Below are positions 1-12,800 of a stretch of DNA of 64,000 nt, in pieces. Made by a program: the position numbers and the translations under genes. The stretch lies in NCBI GenBank assembly GCA_026770705.1, contig JANJGN010001130.1, positions 124,001 to 188,000 on the forward strand, in the 5' to 3' direction. The notes beneath the pieces are model-generated. The model saw nothing but the letters and a program-made list of their open reading frames with translations, ran no database searches and was not told the origin of the DNA. Source of the DNA: Isurus oxyrinchus. Its lineage: Eukaryota. The first letter of the stretch is position 1. Each line of letters starts with the position of its first letter.

Positions 1-118
1 TGTTCCGTGATTATAAACAACATCAGACGGGAAGATGCAGGACCTTATTTTTTCAGAATAGAATTTGACAGCAGGAATAGATACAACTACTACCCTGTAA
101 CCCAGCTTCACATTTCTG
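1..118 (+). CDS. Unit 1: 3' part of Siglec-like V-set exon (5' part lies outside the window)
   Basis: Translates CSVIINNIRREDAGPYFFRIEFDSRNRYNYYPVTQLHIS; Siglec F-strand GxYxFR motif; phase-1 donor G|GTAAGT at 119. Confidence 0.85.
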
Positions 119-589
119 GTAAGTGCTGTGTTATAATTACAAAACAATTCACATTCAACACTCAATGGGAAATAACACAAACTGTGACGTTTACATATTA
201 ACACAAAACACAGCTTATTATAACTTGCTATCTGATTCTCAATAACCTGGTGATTGCTTCCAGTTCAGTCCTAAAGCAACCTCTAATACTCACTTTAATA
301 TCAATGATGAAAAGCATTAACTGTATTATCAGGTTACCACACCCATCAATCTCTCCTGTCCTGTTTAAAAGTCTGACGTATCGATAAAAGAAAGATGTGC
401 ATTTCTGCAGCGCAATTTACCACCTCAGGAGGATCCAAATCCCTTCACAGCCAATGAAATTATTCCTGAATTGTAGTCACAGATGTAAAACACAGCAGGC
501 AGTTTGTGCACAGCAAGATCCAACAAACCACAAGGTGATAAATCACCCAGATCACTGAGGAAATGAGAAGCCAGTGAACTCAAACCTCT

Positions 590-627
590 GGTCTGATGAA
601 GAGTCATACGGACTCGAAACGTTAACT
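590..627 (+). ncRNA. Minimal type-I hammerhead-ribozyme-like motif in a Penelope-type repeat insertion (~590-724), V-C2 intron of unit 1
   Basis: GGT CTGATGA A GAGTC-ATACG-GACTC GAAA CGTTA ACT: CUGAUGA and GAAA cores, 5-bp stem II, palindromic AACGTT stem III. Confidence 0.55.
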
Positions 628-976
628 CTGTCTTCCTCTCCACTGATACTGTCAGACCTGCTGAGTCTTTCCAGCAATTTTTGTTTTTGTTTCAGATTTC
701 CAGCATCCACAGTATTCTGCTTTCAACTCCAATCTCTGGTCTGAGCCTCTTCTCTCATCCAGTGTTCTCAATTCACATGTCTCGGAGTGAACGTGTATTA
801 AGCTGAGAGACAGAAACACTACTGCCAAAGAGCAAGAAAATCTCTCCTGATCATTGTAACCTCTCAGTTCTGATATCATCCTTTTAAAAGTGCTTTCTCT
901 TGTGGCGCTGTGGTTTCTATTTGAACTGATGCTTCACATTATATTTCTCTAAAAGGATCCATTCTCTGTCTGTTAG

Positions 977-1227
977 ATTTCACAGATAAACCCATGATAT
1001 TCCCTGCTGAAATTATTGCAGGAAAGCGTGTGGATGTAAGCTGCACCTTCAACACAACGTGCAATGGAACAGCAGCACCTGTCTTAACCTGGGACACTCC
1101 CACTGACGTACCTGGATCAGTCTCAAACACTGTAACTCAGCATGGTGTCACTCTGACCTATACTTCTGTTCTGACCCTGATCCCATCACTCAAACACCAT
1201 GGACACACTCTCAGCAATGTATTTTAG
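977..1227 (+). pseudogene. Unit 1: C2-set exon truncated by a deletion (second Ig Cys and splice donor lost; reads ...HTLSNVF*)
   Basis: Acceptor TGTTAG|977; matches intact C2 exons up to CTCAGC (1215), then jumps to sequence equal to 16020 onward. Confidence 0.8.
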
Positions 1228-2140
1228 ACAGTGCAGCACTCCCTCTGTTCAGACGCTCCGACAGTGCAGCACTCCCTCAGTTCAGACCCTCCGACAGTGC
1301 AGCACTCCCTCAGTTCAGACCCACCAACAGTGCAGATTTACCTTTGTTCAGACCCTCCGACAGTGCAGCCTTCCCTCAGTTCAGACCCTCCGACTGTGCA
1401 GCACTCCCTCAGTTCAGACCCTCCAACAGTGCAGCACTCCCTCAGTTTAGACCCTCCAGCAGTGCAGCACTCCCTCAGTTCAAACCCTCCAACAGTGCAG
1501 CACTCCCTCAGTTTAGACCCTCCAACAGTGCAGCACTCCCTCAGTTCTGAGCGGCCGACAGTGCAGCTCTCCCTCAGTGCCAACACTCTGACAGTGCAGA
1601 ACTCCCTCAGTGCTGTCCCTCAAACAGAGCAGCACTCCCTCGCTGCTTATCCTCCATCAGTGCAGCACACCCTCAATATTGACGCGGCAACAGTGCAGCA
1701 ATCCCTCAGTACTGACCCCCTGACAGTGTAGCACTCCCACAATACTGACCCTATGACAGTGCAGTACTCCCTCAGTACTGACCCCCTAACAGGGTAGCAC
1801 TCCCTCAGTACTGACCCTCTGACATTGCAACACTGCCTCAGTACTGACCTCCTGACAGTGTAGCACTACCACAATACTGACCGACCGACAGTGCAGCACT
1901 CCCTCAGTACTGACCCCCTGACAGGGTAGCACTCCCTCAGTACTGATCCCCTGACAGTGTAGCACTCCCACAATACTGACCCTCCGGCAGTGCAGCACTC
2001 CCTCAGTACTGACCCCCTAACAGGGTAGCACTCCCTCAGTACTGGCCCTCTGACAGTGCAGCACTCCCTCAGTACTGACCTGCTGACAGAGCAGCACTCC
2101 CTCTGTATGGATCCTCCGATAGTGCAGCACCAGCTTAGTA
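1228..2140 (+). repeat. 33-bp tandem minisatellite array
   Basis: Contiguous units ACAGTGCAGCACTCCCTCAGT(A/T)C(T/A)GACCCTC(C/T)(G/A); generates spurious TVQHSLSxDPP ORFs. Confidence 0.95.
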
Positions 2141-2699
2141 TTTATCCTCCAACAGCATTTCTAAATATTATCCCTCAGAGCCATGGTAGAAATTTGATGT
2201 TAACAAACAGCAAACAACAGAAGAAAAACAACACAGAGTCATGATGAATTGGCCAACAGTTTGATTTTGTCGTAACGCATTGTGGTATTGCGCACTCATT
2301 CCTACTGCCTGTTTACTCACTCCTTTGCTACTTCCCCATTTTGTCTCACAGAGACACATCAACCCTTTCTAATTAAATACGCAGAGAGAGCAGCACAGGC
2401 TGTTCTGTAGATACTTATAGATTAAAATTCTTATTTTGCAGCCAAATTCTTGCTTCAAAGACAAAGCATCATGTTGTCACATTTTCTCCATCATATAAAT
2501 TCCTGTGCCCATCTTTATAATAGAAATTTCCAATGTAAACATGTCACATTGTAGTTGCACACTCCTGCCAGTGGTGGTGCCATTCCAAAGCTGTCCTGCT
2601 GCACAGACACAGCGAGAATTATTCTCGACGTGTACATGATGTTGTTGTTACACAGACATCAGGCGGAATCTTGAGCAGTGCCTTGAATGCACTTAGGAC

Positions 2700-3575
2700 A
2701 GTGCAGACCATGCTCAGAACTGACAGTGCAGCGTATTCTCAGTGCTGACCCTCTGTCAGTGCAGCGCTCCCTCATTACTGTCCCTCTGACAGTGCTGCAC
2801 TACCTCATTATTGACCCTTTTCAAGTGCAGCACCCCGTCAGCACTGACCTTCTGACCGAGAAGCACTCCCTCATGGCTGACAATCTGACTGTGCAGCACT
2901 CCCTATGTACTGATCCTCTGACACTGTATCCCTCCCTCACTACTGAGCTTCCGACAGTTCAGCACTCCCTCGGTACAGATGCACTGACAGTGCAGTACTC
3001 CCTCAGCACTCACCCTCCCATTGTGCAGCAATCCCTCAGTATTCACCTCCCATTGTGTAGCACTCGCTCTGTACTGACCCTCCGACAGTGCAACACTCCC
3101 TCAGTACTGACCCTCCGACACTACAACACTCCCTCAGTACTGAACCTCCGACAGTGCAGCACTCCCTCAGTACTGACCCTGCAACGGTACAACACTCCTG
3201 AGTACTGACCCTCCGACGGTGCAGCACTCCATCAGTACTGACCCTCCAACGGTGCAACAATACCTCATTACTGTCCCACTGACAGTGCAGCACTCCCTCA
3301 GCAGTGACACTGCAACAGTGCAGCACTCCCTCAGTACTGTCCCTCTGACAGTGCAGCACTCCCTCAGTACTGACCCTTTGACAGTGCAGCACTCCCTCAG
3401 TACTGACCCTCCGACAGTGCAGCACTCCCTCAGTACTGACTCTCCGACAGTGAAGCACTCCCTCAGTACTGACCCTCTGACAGTGCAGCACTCCCTCAGT
3501 ACTGAACCTCTGACAGGGCAGCATTCCCTCAGTACTGAACCTCTGACAGTGCAGCACTCCCTCAGTACTGACATT
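2700..3575 (+). repeat. 33-bp tandem minisatellite array
   Basis: Same repeat unit, upstream of the unit 2 promoter. Confidence 0.95.
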
Positions 3576-3814
3576 GGGTAATTTCAGTCTACTCTGTGGG
3601 GCAGGCATCTCCTGAATGCGTTCTTGATTCCCACAAAATTCTACAACATTCTGACTCCCAGAGTTTGGGTGTGTTAAACCCACTGACCCACAGAAGAAAC
3701 TCCTGGTCATTGACTGTCCACCTATGAGCAGAAATATCAACACAGGGTCAGGACACAAAGGGTTAACAGTTCACCAACATCTCAAAACATGAGCTGCTCT
3801 GTCACTTTGATCCA

Positions 3815-3954
3815 ACTTCCTCATTTTGTCTCACAGAGACACATTCACCCTTTCTAATTAAACACACAGAGGGAGCAGCACAGGAAGAGGTCATTCAGCC
3901 CAAGCAGAGCGTGTGGGCAGTTCCTCCCCAGGCGAGCAGTCGGACAGGTCCTGA
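3815..3954 (+). promoter_or_regulatory. Unit 2 putative promoter (PU.1/Ets box) and non-coding first exon
   Basis: ACTTCCTCATTTT (reverse complement AAAATGAGGAAGT) at 3815, CAGGAAG downstream, donor GTAAGT at 3955; block conserved before every leader exon. Confidence 0.5.
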
Positions 3955-4404
3955 GTAAGTATCGGAACGATTGGAATTCACTTCCACCACCAACACCGTC
4001 CTTTGTTGATGTTGTGACTTTATAAAGACAGATTCCAATGATTGATGCCTTTGAAAGATTTCTACTGATTATTGAGATCTGGGTGTGAGGCTCAAGTCTG
4101 TTGTACGGAACATCTTTCTAGCTCAAGGGATGAGGGCAGTGCAGGGACATGAGCTTTGGGATGTCCTGAGCAGGTGAAAGGTGCTATAGATATGCAAATT
4201 CTTCATTGTACTTCTTTCTTAAAGCCTTGTAACTCTCTGCAGAGAACCTATCATCCCACAGAGAATTAAATTAGTCAGTGAAGACATTGTCTAAAAGCAG
4301 TTCTGATCTCTCGAGAGCTGTCGGACAAGAGGTGAGGTCTCATTAACTCCTTTCTCTTTCACAGCTTGAGAGTGAGAATCTGATGAAATATCTGGGAGTG
4401 GATA

Positions 4405-4444
4405 ATGATCGGGAAATCCTACTTCCTCCTTTCACTTCTCCAAG
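4405..4444 (+). CDS. Unit 2 leader exon (signal peptide MIGKSYFLLSLLQ)
   Basis: Acceptor TTTCACAG|4365, ATG at 4405, phase-1 donor AAG|GTAATA. Confidence 0.8.
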
Positions 4445-5305
4445 GTAATAACATCGTCAGCTCGGACAGATTTATGGTTAATGGTCTTTGTAAAAGATCA
4501 TTCTTATTGAGATGTGATTGGGAACCGATTCAGCAGTGAGCCAGTGTATGAACTCACACCAAGTCCCATTCACCCATCACCACTAAGCTCTCTGACTCCT
4601 GGTCCTACAACATCTCAAACTTAAAATTCAGATCTCTTTGTTCAAATGCATCCATTGCCTCACACTGCCTCCTTATCTCTGTAACCTCCTGCAACTCTCC
4701 CAACCAACGTCCCAGATCTCTGTGTTACTCCAATTCCGGCCTCTTGACCATCCCCCGATTCCCATCACTCCAATACTGGCGGCCGGACCTTCAGCTGCCT
4801 GGGGCCTGAGCTCTGGAATTCACTCGCTAAACCTCGGGGATGGAGGAGATCAGAGGGTTTCATTTTACTGAAAATCACCACGACCACATCACAGCTGCAG
4901 TGAGAATAGACAGAGAGTCCAGCCCTCACACTTCCTGCACAGTTTCACCATAGCAACCACAATAAAGAAGTAAAATAACTGAAAGTTAAACCGAAGCCAA
5001 ACCAGTCAGTGTAGAGAGATGAGATATTTACACAGTTTCCCTGTGTATCTTGTAGACACTGTGTTGGGTGGAAGACTGGCTTCACTAAACAGGGTCCTGA
5101 GGACCATGAGCCAATGTAGAATGAAGTTGTCCACTCCTGTGTCCAGGATTCTCTTCCCTCCATTGTGAAACCTTGGGGAGTTCCATGTGTGTCCTGTAGA
5201 TGGTCCACACTGCAGCCACTGTGCCCCAGTGATGGAGGGGGTGGATATCGAGTCTAGTGGATCTACAAACCATCCAGAGTTAAATATTGAGATTTCTCTC
5301 CCCAG

Positions 5306-5671
5306 TTGGACTGTCAAAAGAGTGGAAAGGTGACACTCCACGAGAGGTGACAGCGCAGGAAGGGTCGTGTGTACAGATTCCATATCATTACAGTTATCCA
5401 GCACATTTGGAAAACCAACCGCGAGTTGGAGTCTGGTTTAATAATGAGGAATGGAGAACATCGTCTATAGCATTTCACTCCAAGGATCACAGTCACGAGT
5501 TACCACTGTTCCACCATCGGACCCGGCTGTCTGGAGACCTGAAAGATGGCGACTGTTCCCTGGTTATAAACAACATCAGACGGGAAGATGCAGGACCTTA
5601 TTTTTTCAGAATAGAATTTGACAATGGTCCGCGCCGTAACTATTACCCTGTAACCCAGCTTCACGTTTCTG
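5306..5671 (+). CDS. Unit 2 Siglec-like V-set exon (open frame, but B-strand Cys changed to Tyr)
   Basis: CCCCAG|5306 to G|GTAAGT, 366 nt; EGSCVQIPY, DCSL, GPYFFRIE. Confidence 0.75.
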
Positions 5672-6143
5672 GTAAGTGCTGTGTTATAATTACTCAACAA
5701 TTCACATTCAACACTCAATGGGAAATAACACAAACTGTGATGTTTACATATTAACACAAAACACAGCTTATTATAACACACTGTCTGATTCTCAATAACC
5801 TGGTGATAGCTTCCAGTTCAGTCCGAAAGCAACCTCTAATACTCACTTTAATATCAATGATTAAAAGCATTAACTGTATTATCAGGTTATCCACTCCCAT
5901 CAATCTCTCCTGTCCTGTTTAAAAGTCTGACATATCGAGAAAAGAAAGATGTGCATTTCTGCAGCGCAATTTACCACCTCAGGAGGATCCAAATCCCTTC
6001 ACAGCCATTGAAATTATTCCTGAATTGTAGTCACAGATGTAAAACACAGCAGGCAGTTTGTGCACAGCAAGATCCAACAAACCACAAGGTGATAAATCAC
6101 CCAGATCACTGAGGAAATGAGAAGCCAGTGAACTCAAACCTCT

Positions 6144-6181
6144 GGTCTGATGAAGAGTCATACGGACTCGAAACGTTAACC
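6144..6181 (+). ncRNA. Hammerhead-like motif, unit 2 V-C2 intron
   Basis: GGTCTGATGAAGAGTCATACGGACTCGAAACGTTAACC. Confidence 0.55.
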
Positions 6182-6530
6182 CTGTCTTCCTCTCCACTGA
6201 TACTGTCAGACCTGCTGAGTCTTTCCAGCAATTTTTGTTTTTGTTTCAGATTTCCAGCATCCACAGTATTCTGCTTTTAACTCCGATCTCTGGTCTCAGC
6301 CTCTTCTCTCATCCAGTGTTCTCAATTCACATGTCTCGGAGTGAACGTGTATTAAGCTGAGAGACAGAAACACTACTGCCAAAGAGCAAGAAAATCTTTC
6401 CTGATCATTGTAACCTCTCAGTTCTGATATCATCCTTGTAAAAGTGCTTTCTCTTGTGGGGCTGTGATTTCTATTTGAACTGATGCTTCACATTATATTT
6501 GTCTAAAAGGATCCATTCTCTGTCTGTTAG

Positions 6531-6781
6531 ATTTCACAGATAAACCCACGATATTCCCTGCTGAAATTATTGCAGGAAAGCGTGTGGATGTAAGCTGCAC
6601 CTTCAACACAACGTGCAATGGAACACTAGCACCTATCTTAACCTGGGACACTCCCACTGACGTACCTGGATCAGTCTCAAACACTGTAACTCAGCATGGT
6701 GTCACTCTGACCTATACTTCTGTTCTGACCCTGATCTCATCACTCAAACACCATGGACACACTCCCAGCAATGTATTTTAG
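6531..6781 (+). pseudogene. Unit 2: C2 exon truncated by the same deletion as unit 1
   Basis: Identical junction CAGC/AATGTATTTTAG; stop at 6779-6781. Confidence 0.8.
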
Positions 6782-6782
6782 A

Positions 6783-7720
6783 CAGTGCTGCACTTCCTCT
6801 GTTCAGACCCTCTGACAGTGCAGCACTCCCTCAGTTCAGACCCACAGCCAGTGCAGCAATCCCGCAGTTTATACCCTCCAACTTTGCAGCACTCCCTCAG
6901 TTCAGACCCTCCAACAGTGCAGCACTCCCTCAGTTTAGACCCTCCAGCAGTGCAGTACTCCCTCAGTTCAGACCCTCCAACAGTGCAGCACTCCCTCAGT
7001 TTAGACCCTCCAACAGTGCAGCACTCCCTCAGTTCTGACCGGCCGACAGTGCAGCTCTCCCTCAGTGCCACACTCTGACAGTGCAGAACTCCCTCAGTGC
7101 TGTCCCTCAAACAGAGCAGCACTCCCTCGCTGCTTATCCTCCATCAGTGCAGCACACCCTCAATACTGACGTGCCAACAGTGCAGCACTCCCTCAGTACT
7201 GACCCCCTGATAGTGTAGCACTCCCACAATACTGATCCTCCGACAGTGTAGCACTCCCTCAGTACTGCCCCCCTGACAGGGTAGCACTCCCTCAGTACTG
7301 ACCCTCTGACAGTGCACCGCTCCCTCAGTACTGACCCCCTGACAGGGTAGCACTCCCACAATACTGATCCTCCGACAGTGTAGCACTCCCTCAGTACTGC
7401 CCCCCTGACAGGGTAGCACGCCCTCAGTACTGACCCTCTGACAGTGCAGCGCTCCCTCAGTACTGACCCCCTGACAGGGTAGCACTCCCACAATACTGAC
7501 CCTCCGACAGTGCAGCACTCCCTCAGTACTGACCCCCTGACAGGGTAGAACTCCCTCAGTACTGACCCTCTGACAGTGCAGCAATCCCTCAGTACTGACC
7601 GGCTGACAGTACAGCACTCCCTCAGTACTGGCCCTCTGACAGTGCAGCACTCCCTCAGTACTGACCGGCTGACAGTGCAGCACTCCCTCAGTACGGATCC
7701 TCCGATAGTGCAGCACTAGC
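6783..7720 (+). repeat. 33-bp minisatellite array
   Basis: Tandem units visible directly. Confidence 0.95.
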
Positions 7721-8289
7721 TTAGTATTTATCCTCCAACAGCATTTTTAAATATAAACCCTCAGATCCATGGTAGAAACTTGAAGTTAACAAACAGCAAA
7801 CAACAGAAGAAAAACAACACAGAGTCATGATGAATTGGCCAACAGTTTGATTTTGTCGTAACACATTGTGGTTTTGCGCACTCATTCCTACTGCCTGTTT
7901 ACTCACTCCTTTGCTACTTCCCCATTTTGTCTCACAGTGACACATCAACCCTTTCTAATTAAATACGCAGAGAGAGCAATACAGTCTGTTCTGTAGATAC
8001 TTATAGATTAAAATTCTTATTTTGCAGCCAAATTCTTGCTTCAAAGACAAAGAATCATGTTGTCACATTTTCTCCATCATATAAATTCCTGTGTCCATCT
8101 TTATAATAGAAATTTCCAATGTAAACATGTCACATTGTAGTTGCACACTCCTGCCAGTGGTGGTGCCATTCCAAAGCTGTCCTGCTGCACAGACACAGCG
8201 TGAATTATTCTCGACGTGTACATGATGTTGTTGTTACACAGACATCAGGCGGAATCTTGAGCAGTGCCTTGAATGCACTTAGGACAGTG

Positions 8290-9060
8290 CAGACCATGCT
8301 CAGAACTGACAGTGCAGCGAATCCACAGTGCTGACCCTGCGTCAGTGCAGCGCTCCCTCATTACTGTCCCTCTGACAGTGCTGCACTACCTCATTATTGA
8401 CCCTTTTCAAGTGCAGCACCCCGTCAGCGCTGACCTTCTGACAGTGCAGCACTCCCTCATGGCTGACAGTCTGACTGTGCAGCTCTCCCTCTGTACTGAT
8501 CCTCTGACACTGTATCCCTCCCTCACTACTGACCTTCCGACAGTTCAGCACTCCCTCGGTACAGACGCACTGACAGCGCAGTATTCCCTCAGTACTCACA
8601 CTCCCACAGTGCAGCACTCCCTCAGTATTCACCTCCCATTGTGTAGCACTCGCTCTGTACTGACCCTCCGACAGTGCAGCACTCCCTCAGTACTGACCCT
8701 CCGACAATACAACACTCCCTCAGTACTGAACCTCCGACAGTACAACACTCCTGAGTACTGACCCTCCGATGGTGCAGCACTCCATCAGTACTGACCCACC
8801 AAGAGTGCAACAAGTCCTCATTACTGTCCCTCTGACAGTGCAGCACTCCCTCAGCAGTGACACTGCAACAGTGCAGCACTCCCTCAGTACTGTCCCTCTG
8901 ACAGTGCAACACTCCCTCTATACTGACCCTCTGACAGTGCAGCATTCCCTCAGTACTGACTCTCCGACAGTGCAGCACTCCCTCAGTAGTGAACCTCTGA
9001 CAGGGCAGCACTCCCTCAGTACTGACCCTCTGACAGTGTAGCACTCTCTCAGTACTGACA
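8290..9060 (+). repeat. 33-bp minisatellite array
   Basis: Tandem units visible directly. Confidence 0.95.
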
Positions 9061-9891
9061 TTGGGGAATTTCAGTCTACTCTGTGGGGCAGACACCTCCT
9101 GAATGGGTTCTTGATCCCCACAAAATTCTACAACATGCTGACCCCCAGAGTTTGGGTGTGTTAAACCCACTGACCCACAGAAGAAACTCCTGGTCTTTGA
9201 CTGTCCACCTGTGAGTACAAATATCAACACAGGGTCAGGACACAAAGGGTTAACAGTTCACCAACAACACAAAATATGACCTGCTCTGTCACTTCGATCC
9301 AACTTCGTCATTTTGGCTCACAGTGACACATTCACCCTTTCTAATTAAACACACAGAGGGAGCAGCACAGGAAGAGGTCATTCAGCCCAAGCAGAGCGTG
9401 TGGGCAGTTCCTCCCCAGGCGAGCAGTCGGACAGGTCCTGGGTAAGTAACGGAACGATTGGAATTCACTTCCACCACCAACACCGTCCTTTGATGATGTT
9501 GTGACTTTATAAAGACAGATTCCAATGATTGATGCCTTTGAAAATTTTCTACTGATTATTGAGATCTGGGTGTGAGGCTCAAGTCTGTTGTACAGAACAT
9601 CTTTCTAGCTCAAGGGATGAGGGAAGAGCAGGGACATGAGCTTTGGGACATCCTGAGCTGGTGAAAGGTGCTATAGAAATGCAAATCCTTCATTGTTCTT
9701 CTTTCTTAAAGCCTTGTAACTCTCTGCAGAACACCTATCATCCCACAGAGAATTAAATTAGTCAGTGAAGACATTGTCTAAAAGCAGTTCTGATCTCTCG
9801 AGAGCTGTAGGACAAGAGGTGAAGTCTCATTAACTCCTTTCTCTTTCAGAACTTCAGAGTTAGAAGCTGAGGAAATATCTGGGAGTGGATA

Positions 9892-12800
9892 ATGATCGGG
9901 AAATCTTACTTCCTCCTGTCACTTCTCCAAGGTAATATCATCGTCAGCTCGGACAGATTTATGGTTAACAGTCTTTGTAAAAGATCATTCTTATTGAGCT
10001 GTGATTGGGAACCGATTCAGCAGTGAGCCAGTGTATGAACTCACACCAAGTCCCATTCACCCATCACCACTAAGCTCTTTGACTCCTGGTCCTACAACAT
10101 CTCAAACTTAAAATTCAGATCTCTTTGTTCAAATGCATCCATTGCCTCACACTGCCTCCTTATCTCTGTAACCTCCTGCTTCTCTCCCAACCAACGTCCC
10201 AGATCTCTGTGTTACTCCAATTCCGGCCTCTTGACCATCCCCCGATTCCCATCACTCCAATACTGGCGGCCGGGCCATCAGCTGCCTGGGGCCTGAGCTC
10301 TGGAATTCACTCCCTAAACCTCGGGGATGGAGGAGCTCAGAGGGTTTCATTTTACTGAGAATCACCACGACCACATCACAGCTGCAGTGAGAATAGACAG
10401 AGAGTCCAGCCCTCGCACTTCCTGCACAGTTTCACCATAGCAACCACAATAAGGAAGTAAAATAACTGAAAGTTAAACCGAAGCCAAACCAGTCAGTTTA
10501 GAGAGATGAGATGTTTACACAGTTTCCCTGTGTATCTTGTAGACACTGTGTTGGGTGGAAGACTGGCTTCACTAAACAGGGTCCTGAGGACCATGAGCCA
10601 ATGTAGAATGAACTTGTCCACTCCTGTGTCCAGGATTCTCTACCATCCATTGTGATATCTTGGGGAGTTCCTTGTGTGTCCTGTAGATGGTCCACACTGC
10701 AGCCATTGTGCCCCAGTGATGGAGGGAGTGGATATCGAGTCTAGTGGATCTACAAACCTTCCAGAGTTAAATATTGATATTTCTCTCCCCAGTTGGACTG
10801 TCACAAGAGTGGAAAGGCGAAACTCCATGAGAGGTGACAGCACAGGAAGGTTCGTGTGTACAGATTCCATGTCATTACTGTTATCCAGCACATTTGGAAA
10901 ACCAACCGCGAGGTGGAGTCTGGTTTAATAATGAGAAACAGGTTCCCTGGGCTCCCATTGCCTTTCACTCCAAGGATCACAGTCACGAGTTACCACGGTT
11001 CCACCATCGGACCCGGCTGTCTGGAGATCTGAAAGTTGGCGACTGTTCCCTGATTATAAACAACATCAGACGGGAAGATGCAGGACCTTATTTTTTCAGA
11101 ATAGAATTTAACAATGGTCCGAGCCATAATTATTACCCTGTAACCCAGCTTCACGTTTCTGGTAAATGCTGCGTTATAATTACTCAACAATTCACATTCA
11201 ACACTCAATGGGAAATAACACAAACTGTGACGTTTACATATTAACACAAAACACAGCTTATTATAACACACTGTCTGATTCTCAATAACCAGGTGATAGC
11301 TTCCAGTTCAGTCCTAAAGCAACGTCTAATACTCACTTTAATATCAATGATTAAAAGCATTAACTGTATTATCAGGTTACCACTCCCATCAATCTCTCCT
11401 GTCTTGTTTAAAAGTCTGACGTATCGATAAAAGAAAGATGTGCATTTCTGCAGCGCAATTTACCACCTCAGGAGGATCCAAATCCCTTCACAGCCAATGA
11501 AATTATTCCTGAATTGTAGTCACAGATGTAAAACACAGCAGGCAGTTTGTGCACAGCAAGATCCAACAAACCACAAGGTGATAAATCACCCAGATCACTG
11601 AGGAAATGAGAAGCCAGTGAACTCAAACCTCTGGTCTGATGAAGAGTCATACGGACTCGAAACGTTAACCCTGTCTTCCTCTCCACTGATACTGTCAGAC
11701 CTGCTGAGTCTTTCCAGCAATTTTTGTTTTGGTTTCAGATTTCCAGCATCCACAGTATTCTGCTTTTAACTCCAATCTCTGGTCTCAGCCTCTTCTCTCA
11801 TCCAGTGTTCTCAATTCACATGTCTCGGAGTGAACGTGTATTAAGCTGAGAGACAGAAACACTACTGCCAAAGAGCAAGAAAATCTTTCCTGATCATTGT
11901 AACCTCTCAGTTCTCATATCATCCTTGTAAAAGTGCTTTCTCTTGTGGGACTGTGATTTCTATTTGAACTGATGCTTCACGTTATATTTCTCTAAAAGGA
12001 TCCATTCTCTGTCTGTTAGATTTCACAGATAAACCCACGATATTCCCTGCTGAAATTATTGCAGGAAAGCGTGTGGATGTATGCTGCACCTTCAACACAA
12101 CGTGCAATGGAACAGCAGCACCTGTCTTAACCTGGGACACTCCCACTGACGTACCTGGATCAGTCTCAAACACTGTAACTCAGCATGGTGTCACTCTGAC
12201 CTATACTTCTGTTCTGACCCTGATCCCATCACTCAAACACCACGGACACACACTCAGCTGCAGAGTGAGATATCCATCTGTTTCATCGGAGCGGACCCTC
12301 GTACTAACTGTGCAAGGTAATTACATACACCTTTCATTCTACATCAGCACTCCCTCAGCGCAGACCCTCTGACAGTGCAGCCCGTTCTCAGTATCCACAT
12401 TCTCAGTCCTCTGAAAGTGCTTCAAAGTCGATAGATGTTAATTGATCTTTATTTGATTACTGCTGAATGAAGAGACAAGCTGTCTAAACTTTACATCTCG
12501 CACACACCATTCTCCGTGGCAACACCTCCACCTATCAGAGACCACTTGCCAACCAATCAGCACTCTCTTCCCATTTAGTATAAATTGTTGTTCACTTTCT
12601 GTTGGTAATCCTGCGAACGGGCTTCTTGATTCCTGCCATGACAACTTAATGTCCAAATGAACAGAACAAGTTCCAACAATGAGCTGTGGTTGATGTTTCC
12701 TCACATTACATCCAGGGACTCTGAAGACTATCAGTGTGTGGCAGAGAATGAATATGGAGCAGTGGAGGGGTTCATAACCATCACTGTGGCTCGTGAGTGT

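Noticed and set aside
119-201. V ORF extension GKCCVIIT...TFTY* as coding sequence
   Set aside because: Read-through past a strong GTAAGT donor; an intron-retained secreted form is possible but unsupported.
1228-3575. 33-bp repeats as a CRISPR array or a repeat-protein gene (TVQHSLSTDPP ORFs)
   Set aside because: Units are contiguous with no unique spacers, there are no cas genes, and the context is eukaryotic. ORFs are open in several frames only because 33 is a multiple of 3.
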